From an uncultured Ectothiorhodospiraceae bacterium (GTDB lineage: Bacteria > Pseudomonadota > Gammaproteobacteria > UBA9214), in NCBI GenBank assembly GCA_947258545.1, contig CAMYJI010000003.1:37231-101230 (forward strand): a stretch of DNA of 64,000 nt, given 5' to 3'. Positions 29,394-38,249 of the stretch are shown here, in pieces. The notes beneath the pieces were generated by a model that saw nothing but the letters and a program-made list of their open reading frames with translations, was not told the origin of the DNA and did no database searches. A program made the position numbers and the translations under genes. Every line of letters starts with the position of its first letter. Positions within the stretch are counted from its first letter, which is position 1.

Positions 29394-30095
29394 ATGCAAC
29401 AAAAGATCCGTATTCTTGTTGTCGAAGACGAGGCCGCGATCCGCGACGGCCTGGTGGATTTATTGGTATTCCACGGCTACGAGACCGACTGCGCCGCTGA
29501 CGGCAACTCGGGATTGGACAAGGCAATGAGCGGTCGCTTCGATCTCATCCTGCTCGATGTCATGCTGCCCGGCATGAACGGCTTTGATATCTGTAACCAG
29601 GTACGCACACAGGACCCGGAGCAACCGATCATCATGCTGACAGCCAAGACCAGCGATGAAGATATCATCCAGGGCCTGTCACTGGGTGCCGACGATTATG
29701 TCGCCAAACCCTTTTCGGTAACCCAGCTGATACTGCGCATACAGGCCGTGCTGCGCCGTGCGCGTATCGGCATCGAGATGGGTAACCAGATCCGCCTGGG
29801 TGACGATATCGCGGTCGACACCCGCAACCTGCAGGGCACACGCGCCGGTGAATCACTGGCCTTCACCCGCCGCGAGATGGACATTTTGCAGTATTTGAAT
29901 GCCAATTCGGAGCGGGCGGTTTCCCGCGAGGAACTGCTGACCAGGGTATGGGGCTATGCCAGGGACATGAACATCGAGACCCGCACCGTCGACATCCATA
30001 TCGCCAAGCTGCGCCGCAAAATCGAGCCCGAACCCGCGCAACCGCGGTATTTGGTCACCTTACGCGGCGCCGGGTATCGACTGCTGACGGAGTAG
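29394..30095 (+). CDS. OmpR/PhoB-family response regulator
   Basis: Receiver domain (ILVVEDE...DLILLDVMLPGMNG...MLTAK) plus a winged-helix C-terminus (RTVDIHIAKLRRKIE...LVTLRGAGYRL). An alternative ATG lies at 29352. Confidence 0.9.
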   Translation: MQQKIRILVVEDEAAIRDGLVDLLVFHGYETDCAADGNSGLDKAMSGRFDLILLDVMLPGMNGFDICNQVRTQDPEQPIIMLTAKTSDEDIIQGLSLGADDYVAKPFSVTQLILRIQAVLRRARIGIEMGNQIRLGDDIAVDTRNLQGTRAGESLAFTRREMDILQYLNANSERAVSREELLTRVWGYARDMNIETRTVDIHIAKLRRKIEPEPAQPRYLVTLRGAGYRLLTE

Positions 30096-30096
30096 C

Positions 30097-32229
30097 ATGA
30101 TGCGGACCGCACTCACTGGACTGGACCGGAAGCATCTACGGCGCTGGCTGGCCGTTTTTTTTCTCTCCCTGGCCATCCCGACGGGCATCCTGATCTATCA
30201 GGCCTACAGCCAGCTGAAGTGGGAGGCGTTTCACCAGCACCGGGTACTGGCGGAGGAACTGGCCGCGCGTATCGACAGCCGTTACCGCAAGCTGCTCGAC
30301 AGCGAGGAAACCCGCACCTTCACCGCCTATGCCTTCCTGGTTGTGGCCGGCGACCCCGCCGCCAACTTCGTGCAGCGTTCACCGTTGTCGGCCTATCCGG
30401 TCAACTCCGCCATTCCCGGGCTGATCGGCCACTTCCAGGTTGACGCCGACGGCCGCTTCAGCACCCCCCTGCTCCCGCAGGCGGGCGTGGACGCGGCGCT
30501 ATACGGGATTTCCGCAGATGAGCGCGACCAGCGGCTGGCACTCGCCGGGCGCATGCAGCAGATCCTCGCCAGCAACCGGCTGCTGCGCGAAGGAGAGTCC
30601 GACGCGGCCGGCGGCATGGCCGTGCTCCCGGAGTTCCGTCAGCGCGCTGACAAGCCTGCCGCAGCACTCGCACCTGAAGCTGCTACTGACAAGGACAGCG
30701 CCGGTCGCTTGTCCCTCGATGATGTCGAGTCCAACGAATTGAAGCAGGAACAAGCACCAGCCGGCCAGGCCGCCTTCGACCGTCTCAATGAGGCCGCCGC
30801 CCCGCTGCAACAGAAACTCAAGCAGCAACGCAGCAAGACACTGGGCCGGGTCGAAGACCTGCAACTGGACTCCCGCTACCAATCCCTGCCTGCTGAAGAA
30901 CGGCAAGTCGGGCCTGCCGATGCGCAGGCACCCCTGACGGGGAAACGCGCCGCCCGCAAGGAGCGCAGCGCCCTGCCGGAACCACTGACCGGTACGGGCC
31001 AGTCGTACGCCGAATCGGCGCACGAAACCGAGGCCGCGTTGCCGCGCACGGAACAATCACCGCTGCGCATCCACACCTTCGAGAGCGAGATCGATCCCTT
31101 CGAGATCAGCCTGCTCGACAGCGGTCATTTCGTGTTGTTCCGCCGGGTCTGGCGTGATGGGCAACGCTATGTCCAGGGGGCATTGATCGAACAGCAGCCG
31201 TTCCTGCAGGGCGTGGTCCGGACGGCCTTCCGCGAGACCGCCCTGTCGCAGATGAGCGACCTGATAGTCGCCTACCAGGGGAATGTCTTCACGGCCTTCA
31301 GCGGCCAGGCCGCACACGGCTACCTGTCCAGCACCGAGGACCTGCGTGGCGCACTGCTCTACCAAAGACGCCTGTCCGCGCCCCTGGGCGGGATTGAACT
31401 GATCTTCAGTATCACCCGGCTACCCTCCGCACCCGGCAGCAGTCTGGTCAGCTGGATCGCGGCCGTCCTCGCGCTGGTGCTGCTGGGCGGTTTCTACCTG
31501 ATGTACCGGCTGGGCGCCGGGCAGATCGATCTCGCGCGTCAGCAACAGGATTTCGTCTCGGCGGTCAGCCATGAGCTCAAGACCCCGCTGACATCGATAC
31601 GCATGTATGGCGAGATGCTGCGCGAGGGCTGGGCCAGCGACGAGAAGAAACAAGCGTACTACGACTATATCTTCGACGAGAGTGAACGCCTGTCACGCCT
31701 GATAACCAATGTACTGCAACTGGCGCGTATGACACGCAATGATCTCCAGGTCGATCTGAAACCCGTCAGCGCGGGTGAACTGATGGATACCATACGCTCC
31801 CGGGTCGGCACCCAGGTCGAGCGGGCGGGCTACGCGTTCAACCTCGATTGCGCGGGTGCGGCCGCCCGGACCGTCATCCGGGTCGATGCTGACTATTTCA
31901 CCCAGATCATCATCAATCTGGTGGACAACGCCATCAAATTCTCTGCCCGGGCCGAACGCCGCGCCATCGACGTCAGCTGCGGACTCCGCCAGGACGGCAG
32001 TGTGCTGTTCACGGTGCGCGATTTTGGTCCCGGCGTCCCCCGGGACCAGATGAAAAAGATCTTCAAGTTATTCTATCGTTCAGAAAACGAACTCACCCGC
32101 GAGACCGTCGGCACGGGAATCGGGCTGGCGCTGGTGCACCAGCTGGTCGTGGCGATGGATGGCCAGGTGGACGTCGTCAATAAAACGCCCGGCGCGGAAT
32201 TCCAGGTGTCCTTTCCCGCAGCCAGCTAA
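30097..32229 (+). CDS. Sensor histidine kinase with a large periplasmic region
   Basis: Two TM segments bracket ~400 aa. HisKA H-box FVSAVSHELKTPLTSI and HATPase motifs (DNAIKF, RDFGPGV, GTGIGLA). Starts 1 nt after the RR stop. Confidence 0.88.
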   Translation: MMRTALTGLDRKHLRRWLAVFFLSLAIPTGILIYQAYSQLKWEAFHQHRVLAEELAARIDSRYRKLLDSEETRTFTAYAFLVVAGDPAANFVQRSPLSAYPVNSAIPGLIGHFQVDADGRFSTPLLPQAGVDAALYGISADERDQRLALAGRMQQILASNRLLREGESDAAGGMAVLPEFRQRADKPAAALAPEAATDKDSAGRLSLDDVESNELKQEQAPAGQAAFDRLNEAAAPLQQKLKQQRSKTLGRVEDLQLDSRYQSLPAEERQVGPADAQAPLTGKRAARKERSALPEPLTGTGQSYAESAHETEAALPRTEQSPLRIHTFESEIDPFEISLLDSGHFVLFRRVWRDGQRYVQGALIEQQPFLQGVVRTAFRETALSQMSDLIVAYQGNVFTAFSGQAAHGYLSSTEDLRGALLYQRRLSAPLGGIELIFSITRLPSAPGSSLVSWIAAVLALVLLGGFYLMYRLGAGQIDLARQQQDFVSAVSHELKTPLTSIRMYGEMLREGWASDEKKQAYYDYIFDESERLSRLITNVLQLARMTRNDLQVDLKPVSAGELMDTIRSRVGTQVERAGYAFNLDCAGAAARTVIRVDADYFTQIIINLVDNAIKFSARAERRAIDVSCGLRQDGSVLFTVRDFGPGVPRDQMKKIFKLFYRSENELTRETVGTGIGLALVHQLVVAMDGQVDVVNKTPGAEFQVSFPAAS

Positions 32230-32233
32230 CGAC

Positions 32234-32488
32234 TCAGTGCTTGCGCTGCCAGATCAGTACCCCGTCCCTGAACACCTCCTTGATCCGGTGCAGGGGTATG
32301 CTGTGCACTTCACCCGCTTCATCCACCAGGTCGAATGAAAAGCGGTCACCGGGTTCAAAATGCAATTCCACCAGTGGCACCCGGATGATGGTATCAGTCA
32401 CCCGGTCATAGTAGCCGATGATGAAGTTCCCCGTGCCGAAATCCCTGTCCCAGTGGATCCGGCTGAGCAGCTCGTGGATTGGAATCAT
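32234..32488 (-). CDS. DUF504 / MJ1316-type domain protein
   Basis: 84 aa. The segments IHWDRDF, YYDR and IPLHRIKEVFRDGVLIWQR match my recollection of the DUF504 (MJ1316 RNA cyclic-end recognition) pattern. Confidence 0.65.
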   Translation of the reverse strand: MIPIHELLSRIHWDRDFGTGNFIIGYYDRVTDTIIRVPLVELHFEPGDRFSFDLVDEAGEVHSIPLHRIKEVFRDGVLIWQRKH

Positions 32489-32543
32489 CCCGGCACCCCA
32501 GGGGCCTGGTCACATTCACGGTGAGTTCACTATACTTCAGTAT

Positions 32544-33218
32544 ATGCGCCTGTGTTCACTACTCATGATGGCCTGCCTCTGCCTGCTGCCGGAACCGGGA
32601 GGTGGAGTCCGGCTGCATGCCGCATTACTGCCTGCAATCAGCAGCCCTGATATGCCTCGAACCCTGGACCATGAACCGGCGGCCGGCATGTTCCTGATCG
32701 CACGACGTGATCTGGAGGACCCCCACTTCAGTCGTAGCGTGATCTATCTGCTGGAGCATAGCCCCGAGGGAACCACCGGACTGATCGTGAACCGCCCCAG
32801 CGGAATGAAATTGGCCGACGTCGTAACAGGCATCAGTGACAAAGCCACCGCCGGGTATCCAATGTATTTCGGTGGACCCGTGCAACATAGCCGGGTCATG
32901 ATGTTGATGCGCAACGCCAACCAGACCCGGCTGGTACAGCACATCGTCGACGATATCTACGTCAGTGCCGACCGCAATGTAATGAACCGGCTGCTTGCTG
33001 AGAACAAGCCTGAGGACGAACTGCATTTCTACATCGGCCATGCCGGCTGGACCGCAGGGCAACTCGCGCGCGAACTGGAGCGCGGCAGCTGGCATGTCGT
33101 GAAGGGGAATGCACAGGCCATATTCTCCGTCGAACCCGGAACCCTCTGGGATCGCCTGATCGAACCACTCGAGCCGGACGGCCTTTATGTGAAGGCCGGA
33201 CTAATCAACGGGTCCTGA
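32544..33218 (+). CDS. YqgE/AlgH family protein with N-terminal hydrophobic extension
   Basis: The segments FLIARRDLEDPHFSRSVIYLLEHSPEGTTGLIVNRP, YFGGPV, and YIGHAGWTAGQLARELERGSWHVV. Start placed at MRLCSLLMMACL (32544). Confidence 0.85.
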   Translation: MRLCSLLMMACLCLLPEPGGGVRLHAALLPAISSPDMPRTLDHEPAAGMFLIARRDLEDPHFSRSVIYLLEHSPEGTTGLIVNRPSGMKLADVVTGISDKATAGYPMYFGGPVQHSRVMMLMRNANQTRLVQHIVDDIYVSADRNVMNRLLAENKPEDELHFYIGHAGWTAGQLARELERGSWHVVKGNAQAIFSVEPGTLWDRLIEPLEPDGLYVKAGLINGS

Positions 33219-33485
33219 TCCCGGCGGGTCATTGTTACGCAGCTGTCGCAGCAGCCGGAACGGCAGACCCACAAGCAGCGCCACCACCATCGCCATAAAG
33301 AACCCGACAACGGAGCTGATCAGCCAGACCGGGTCAAGCCCCCCTGTCTGGAGATAACTCGCGAACTGGGTCGCGACCACCATGGCACAGGCCGCCAGAA
33401 TCGACGCCGGAAAGTAGTGTTTTACCGCGAAGTGAATCCCGGCAGCGATGATGACCCAGGCCACAAACAGCAGGAATAATTGCAT
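33201..33485 (-). CDS. Hypothetical small membrane protein
   Basis: 94 aa with 3 hydrophobic spans. Lies 4 nt downstream of the DUF1992 gene. Its 3' end overlaps the convergent yqgE-like gene by 18 nt. Confidence 0.55.
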   Translation of the reverse strand: MQLFLLFVAWVIIAAGIHFAVKHYFPASILAACAMVVATQFASYLQTGGLDPVWLISSVVGFFMAMVVALLVGLPFRLLRQLRNNDPPGSGPVD

Positions 33486-33489
33486 GCCC

Positions 33490-33879
33490 TCACTCACAGA
33501 CACCGTCCTTGCCGCCAGCCACCCTGCGGCAGAGCCATTCGAAACAGGCCTGTTGCAGTTGAAGATTCTCGGGTCCGCGCCGCGCCAGGTTAAGAGAGCT
33601 CGCCAGCCAGGCCAGACGCCGTGAGTAACCGGCACGCCGGTCCGGATCCTGGGCCTGGGCCAGCAGCTGTTCGACCCGGGAGATTTCCTGGCACAGCAGC
33701 AGTTCGGGGACCAGATAGCCCGAATTCCTGAGCAAGCGGTAGCCGGCGCGCAGCCCTTCGGGGACTGTCGAATCGTCATCCAGTACCAGCGGCTTGCCGG
33801 TACCCGGCAGCTTGTCGAGCACGCCGCACGCCTGGGCCTCCCTGATGTGTTCTTCGGCCAACCTGTCAATCAACCACAT
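33490..33879 (-). CDS. DUF1992 (DnaJC28-like) domain protein
   Basis: The segment LAEEHIREAQACGVLDKLPGTGKPLVLDDD, followed by RLLRNSGYLVPEL, matches the DUF1992 pattern. Start at MWLIDRL. Confidence 0.78.
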   Translation of the reverse strand: MWLIDRLAEEHIREAQACGVLDKLPGTGKPLVLDDDSTVPEGLRAGYRLLRNSGYLVPELLLCQEISRVEQLLAQAQDPDRRAGYSRRLAWLASSLNLARRGPENLQLQQACFEWLCRRVAGGKDGVCE

Positions 33880-34040
33880 GTCGGGACCTGCTGGATCGTA
33901 GTGATCAATCTCGCTGCCAGGCCCGCAGCCACGGCAGCGACGCTGTCCTGACGATAATGCAGATGGCCGGACGGGATCAATCCTCAACGACCGGGGCGCA
34001 GACCCGCACACAGACGCCCATAATTTCCCTACGTTATTCC

Positions 34041-34069
34041 TTGACAAAAAGTCAGGCTGGCGTACTTTA
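34041..34069 (+). promoter_or_regulatory. Candidate sigma70 promoter upstream of the CBS gene
   Basis: TTGACA-N16-TACTTT. This would give a ~185-nt leader. Pattern match only. Confidence 0.3.
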
Positions 34070-34259
34070 GGCCACAGCCTTGCAAACCGTGCTAACGGGC
34101 ATGGTGACCACGGCCTGGACCTCGCGACCTGTGGCGCTCATCGGTACCCTGTCCTGACCGGACAATCGCCGATGAGGGTAACAACAATCCGGTATTCGAC
34201 CGCAGGAGCGTCCGCCGAAGAGGCCAGATCAACCCGATAGTTAAATCAGGAGGAGTGCA

Positions 34260-34745
34260 ATGATCGTCAAAGAGATAATGAACCGCGAGGTGACCAGCTG
34301 CGGACCGGACACCACACTGGAATCGGCCGCTATCTTGATGTGGGATAACGACTGCGGAACCGTGGCCGTTTTGGACGACGCCGGCAGCGCGATCGGCATT
34401 ATCACCGACCGGGACATCTGCATGGCGGTCGCCCTGCAACACAAGGCAGCCAGCGAGATCGAGGTCCAGGAGATCATGAGCCGCCAGTTGTTTACCTGCC
34501 AGCCGGAAAACGACATCATGAACGCCCTCAAGACCATGTCATACCAGAAGGTGCGCCGCCTGCCGGTGACCAGTGACAGCGGACAGGTAGAAGGCATTAT
34601 CTCAATCGAAGACCTTATCGCGCACGCCGAACGCGGCCGCAGGGGCATCCAGGTACCGGAATTGTCCTATGACGACACCATGACCACGCTCAAGGCGGTG
34701 TGCCGCACGCATATCCCGAAGGGAGAAGCAATCGGCGCCGGCTGA
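34260..34745 (+). CDS. CBS domain pair protein
   Basis: AGGAGGAG SD. Two CBS repeats (CGTVAVLDDAGSAIGIITDRDI; VRRLPVTSDSGQVEGIISIEDL). Confidence 0.85.
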   Translation: MIVKEIMNREVTSCGPDTTLESAAILMWDNDCGTVAVLDDAGSAIGIITDRDICMAVALQHKAASEIEVQEIMSRQLFTCQPENDIMNALKTMSYQKVRRLPVTSDSGQVEGIISIEDLIAHAERGRRGIQVPELSYDDTMTTLKAVCRTHIPKGEAIGAG

Positions 34746-34884
34746 CAGGCTGCACCTGGTGGTACTGTCGTACTTTCGGATGATGTACTTCAGGACAATA
34801 TACAAATAACCACCGGGCACCTAGCATATTACCCAGTGGTATATACATTTAATAATAATAGGTTGTTTTTACACCTATGCCACT

Positions 34885-34917
34885 AGCACGCCTCGTCTCC
34901 ATGATTCGAGGCGTGCT
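34885..34917. terminator. 11-bp perfect hairpin between convergent genes
   Basis: AGCACGCCTCG-N11-CGAGGCGTGCT. The U-tract is weak on both strands. Confidence 0.35.
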
Positions 34918-34953
34918 TCTATGTGCTTCGGCCCAGCGCCCCGTCAGCAGGCA

Positions 34954-35388
34954 TCAATCGTCATAGATGTCCGGGTCATAGGCATTATTGATGGCATAGC
35001 CGATCAAACCGCCGAGGACCAGACCAATCAGCAGCTTCTCGTCGTCATCATCATCGTAGCGGTAAGCGTAGTTGTGCCTGTTGTAATGACGCTGCTTTTT
35101 GTGGTGCTTGTAATGATGCCGGTCTTGCTTGTGGACCCATTTATGACGGCGCTTGTTGTGATGCCGGTCACCGTAGTGGTCCCTCGATTGATAATGATTC
35201 CGCTTTTGGTGACGGTCACCGTAGTGGTCCCTCGATTGATAGCGGGAATGCTGCCGGTCCTGGTGGGACCCGTAGTCATGCCGATCAGAGTAACGACGGC
35301 TGTCGTCAGCCAGGGCCGCGCCCGAGCCGGCCAGGGAGACGGCCAGGACGGCGGCCAGCAGGGAAGGAATTTTGATATGCATTTTCAT
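34954..35388 (-). CDS. Exported His/Arg/Tyr/Asp-rich low-complexity protein with glycine-zipper-like C-terminus
   Basis: Signal peptide MKMHIKIPSLLAAVLAVSLAGSGAALA, repeated YQSRDHYGDRH units, a DDDDDE run, then LIGLVLGGLIGYAI. Confidence 0.65.
   Translation of the reverse strand: MKMHIKIPSLLAAVLAVSLAGSGAALADDSRRYSDRHDYGSHQDRQHSRYQSRDHYGDRHQKRNHYQSRDHYGDRHHNKRRHKWVHKQDRHHYKHHKKQRHYNRHNYAYRYDDDDDEKLLIGLVLGGLIGYAINNAYDPDIYDD
35165..35241 (-). repeat. 29-nt exact direct repeat at 48-nt spacing inside the His-rich gene
   Basis: CGGTCACCGTAGTGGTCCCTCGATTGATA occurs at 35165 and 35213. Each copy encodes YQSRDHYGDR. Confidence 0.8.
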
Positions 35389-35593
35389 GATTGACTCCTG
35401 GTTTTTCGGATTGCCTACCTGTCGCTAACGCTAGGGGACGGGAAAGGGTGACAAGCCAGCCTGCCCTGGTAGCGGGCCGCACCCCGACGGTATCGGGACA
35501 GGCCCGGGATATCATTATTATTGCCTATTTAATATCATATAGTTACAGATTATATCTGATATGTCACATAAGCCTGGCCCAGCCCTGATACGA

Positions 35594-35927
35594 CTAGGTG
35601 TATCTTGGCTGCCCGGATGCGTTGCTCAATGGTCGCCTTGTAAAGGAAGGGGATGTAGTGCCGGCAGGTTCCAGCCGGCCGATGGCCAGGTAGGCATGCG
35701 CCTCGCTAGGCAGGTGCGCGCGCATGTCGTGGCCACGGCGGTGGGTGCGCTCGCGGCGCAACCACGACCTTCTCACCCGGTCCGGGATCGGCCTGAGCGA
35801 GTATCCTGCTGTCGTAATCGACCACCATGCTGCCGCCGGGCCAGCTGAACGGCGGATAGGAGGCCAGGCTCGCTCCCTGGTTTGAAGGACAATCGATACC
35901 GTCTGGCAGGCAGCGACTTAGTAAAGC
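35594..35927 (-). pseudogene. Possible frameshifted C-terminal remnant of a carbon-nitrogen hydrolase
   Basis: One minus-strand frame reads FSWPGGSMVVDYDSRILAQADPGPGEKVVVA. This resembles the nitrilase-superfamily segment (G-x-S-x-I-V-D-P-x-G-x-x-L-A...VVVAELD). The frame then breaks, and no N-terminal part exists because the FIST gene ends at 35977. Confidence 0.3.
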
Positions 35928-35976
35928 TCACTCATGCGGGCATCACGTCATTGTTCGCCTGGACAGAGCTGGCGAG

Positions 35977-37107
35977 CTAGACGAACAGGGTCAGTACCCC
36001 GGTGTAGCCGTACAGGCGGTTGTGGGAGATCTCGCCGTTGCAGAAGAACCCGACCAGCGGGAAATCACCCAGCCGTTCGCGGATCATCTTCAACTCCACC
36101 GAGTTTTCACCGAACTGGTAGCGGCCGCGTCCCAGGCATGTGTAGTAGACCCCGGCCTTGGGCACACCCCCGGCCCGCCTGCCGAGGTCATTCAGCATCC
36201 GTTGCATGTCCTCGTGGGCACTATCCCCGTCGCGGCGACAGAACATTATCGGATCACCGGGTTCGACCAGGTCGCCGATCGCGACCAGCTTCTGTTCGGG
36301 GTCGATGCCGACCAGGTTACGCACCAGGTAGTCGCCGGTATCAGAACCGCGTACCGGAAGACCGGCGAAGATATAACCCGCCACGCGGGACATGTCGCGT
36401 GACAGCACATCACCGATGTCCTCGCGGAATACATCCAGCGCCGGCCGGTCATCCAGCGTGACCAGGATATTGTTCCGGCATTCCGTGACAGTGTGCTTGC
36501 TGCCCAGCGGTGAAACGCCCTGGGTCAGGCCGGTAACGACCGGGATCTCGGATGCCAGCAGGACACCCGAGAGTGCGTTTTCGCACAGATCACCGGCGAT
36601 CTGGATGTTGTTGTCCTCGTCGCCGGCAGACGTCAATCCGCCGACCAGGAAGCCGGGATCCAGCATCTCCGACAGGGAATCAATCAGTTGCGGTAGCTGC
36701 GCACTGCGCGGATCACCGTGCACGATCGCGAAGCGGGCGCCCCGCTCATCAATCCAGCCGCGGTTCTGGTCGAGCATCTTGTTCATCGCAACCACGCCGG
36801 GCGGGATCAGGCGAGTGGTGTCGTCCGGCAGGTGCGCCAGCATGATGGCCGCAGCCGGCTCGTCGTAGATTTCCCGGCCGGTGCAGCAGATTCCCGCACC
36901 CACCGTGCCCACCCAGTCATGGGCACCCGTGCGGCTACGCAGATGCTCCAGCAGTTCACCTAGTTTCGGGGCAAGCGGTTCGGTGACATATAGCCAGCCG
37001 AGGCTGGCGGGAGACAAGCCGGCATCCAGCTCGTCAAGACAACGGGCAGCAATGGTTTGCCAGTCAGGGCCGGTTGCACAGGCGGCAGCAAAGGTCGATG
37101 AGCTCAT
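35977..37107 (-). CDS. FIST N/C domain signal-transduction protein
   Basis: 376 aa. The C-terminal PLVGFFCNGEI and the overall pattern are typical of FIST_N plus FIST_C proteins. Confidence 0.8.
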   Translation of the reverse strand: MSSSTFAAACATGPDWQTIAARCLDELDAGLSPASLGWLYVTEPLAPKLGELLEHLRSRTGAHDWVGTVGAGICCTGREIYDEPAAAIMLAHLPDDTTRLIPPGVVAMNKMLDQNRGWIDERGARFAIVHGDPRSAQLPQLIDSLSEMLDPGFLVGGLTSAGDEDNNIQIAGDLCENALSGVLLASEIPVVTGLTQGVSPLGSKHTVTECRNNILVTLDDRPALDVFREDIGDVLSRDMSRVAGYIFAGLPVRGSDTGDYLVRNLVGIDPEQKLVAIGDLVEPGDPIMFCRRDGDSAHEDMQRMLNDLGRRAGGVPKAGVYYTCLGRGRYQFGENSVELKMIRERLGDFPLVGFFCNGEISHNRLYGYTGVLTLFV

Positions 37108-37210
37108 ACCGGGAGTATGGTATAGCCGTCGCTCCCGGGAAAGGAAATTCCTTCTGGAATCTCATCCAGCCCGGTACAGACGGCCCAATGGACCTGGCGG
37201 GTGCTGGCTG

Positions 37211-37867
37211 TCAGTAGGGTCTGTTGCGCCTGAGCTGGTCAAGCTGTGCCTGCTGATGCTGCAACTCAATCTCCAGGTCACTGATCCCGGTCTCAACGGT
37301 GGCGATCTCTTCATCGATCTCATGGACCTGGTACAGCAGCAGCACGCGTTGCTCGCTCCTGATCCCGTCCATGACCAGTTCAGACAGCTTGTGTTCCCGA
37401 TCATGTTCCAGCGAACGCACCAGCTGCCATTGCTTTTTTATAAGCGCATCCGTCCTGTTGACCTCGGAGCTTGCCAGGTGGACATCCCGACCGCTTGCAT
37501 AGGCCGCACGGAAATCGATTTTCGTGGCGGACGAGCAGACTGCCGGGTAGCCATGGCCGGACTTGCCCAGGCGGTAACCATTATCAGGCTGGCAATATTC
37601 CAGCAGGCCCTCCTCCCGGCCTGCCTGGTACGCAGCCAGGTCCGGTACTACCGCATGTTCGGCGCACTCCTCGCGGTACCTGCCCACCATGGCGGCTGAT
37701 TTTCCGGCCACGCCATCCTGATAACCGATCAGGCGCCAATCCGCTACCAGGCATTCGTCCTTGTTGAGGGTTGCGCAACCCTGCAGAAATGCAACCATCA
37801 TCAGAGCGGCGCATGAAAACGGCAGACGGTTTTCAATCAGTGTTCTCAAGCTGGTTTCATACAGCAT
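37211..37867 (-). CDS. DUF2799 lipoprotein with C-terminal coiled coil
   Basis: Lipobox AFLQGC, and a Cys-spaced pattern (DECLVADW...GYQDG...CAEHAV...YCQPDNGYRLG...YPAVC) typical of DUF2799. Start uncertain (37867, 37879 or 37888). Confidence 0.78.
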   Translation of the reverse strand: MLYETSLRTLIENRLPFSCAALMMVAFLQGCATLNKDECLVADWRLIGYQDGVAGKSAAMVGRYREECAEHAVVPDLAAYQAGREEGLLEYCQPDNGYRLGKSGHGYPAVCSSATKIDFRAAYASGRDVHLASSEVNRTDALIKKQWQLVRSLEHDREHKLSELVMDGIRSEQRVLLLYQVHEIDEEIATVETGISDLEIELQHQQAQLDQLRRNRPY

Positions 37868-38249
37868 AACATCTTCCATCACAGTCATTTCGAGTTGATG
37901 TATGGTTCTGTCGACAGTACCGACACGCTGATTAGCGGCCAAATACGACATTTCCTGAGACTCCAACGGGAGCGGCACCGGGCGTACCTGCCATGGAAAG
38001 CCACTAACGTGACCCAGCTCACAACCGGCGGACGCCCCCTTACGGCCTGCCCTCCGGTAAAGCGCATCTGCGCCGGTTTACACACACTGTCACATGTTAG
38101 AATCCAGGCATACATTAAGGAACAACATGCCCCGGCGTCGCTGCCACTCGTTTCGCGCCCCGCGACCCGGTGAAGTCTCACGCCTGCCGGACACACCACC
38201 GCACGTAAACATGAGCCAGCAAGACCTGTCCCGATTCGATTCCAGCACG

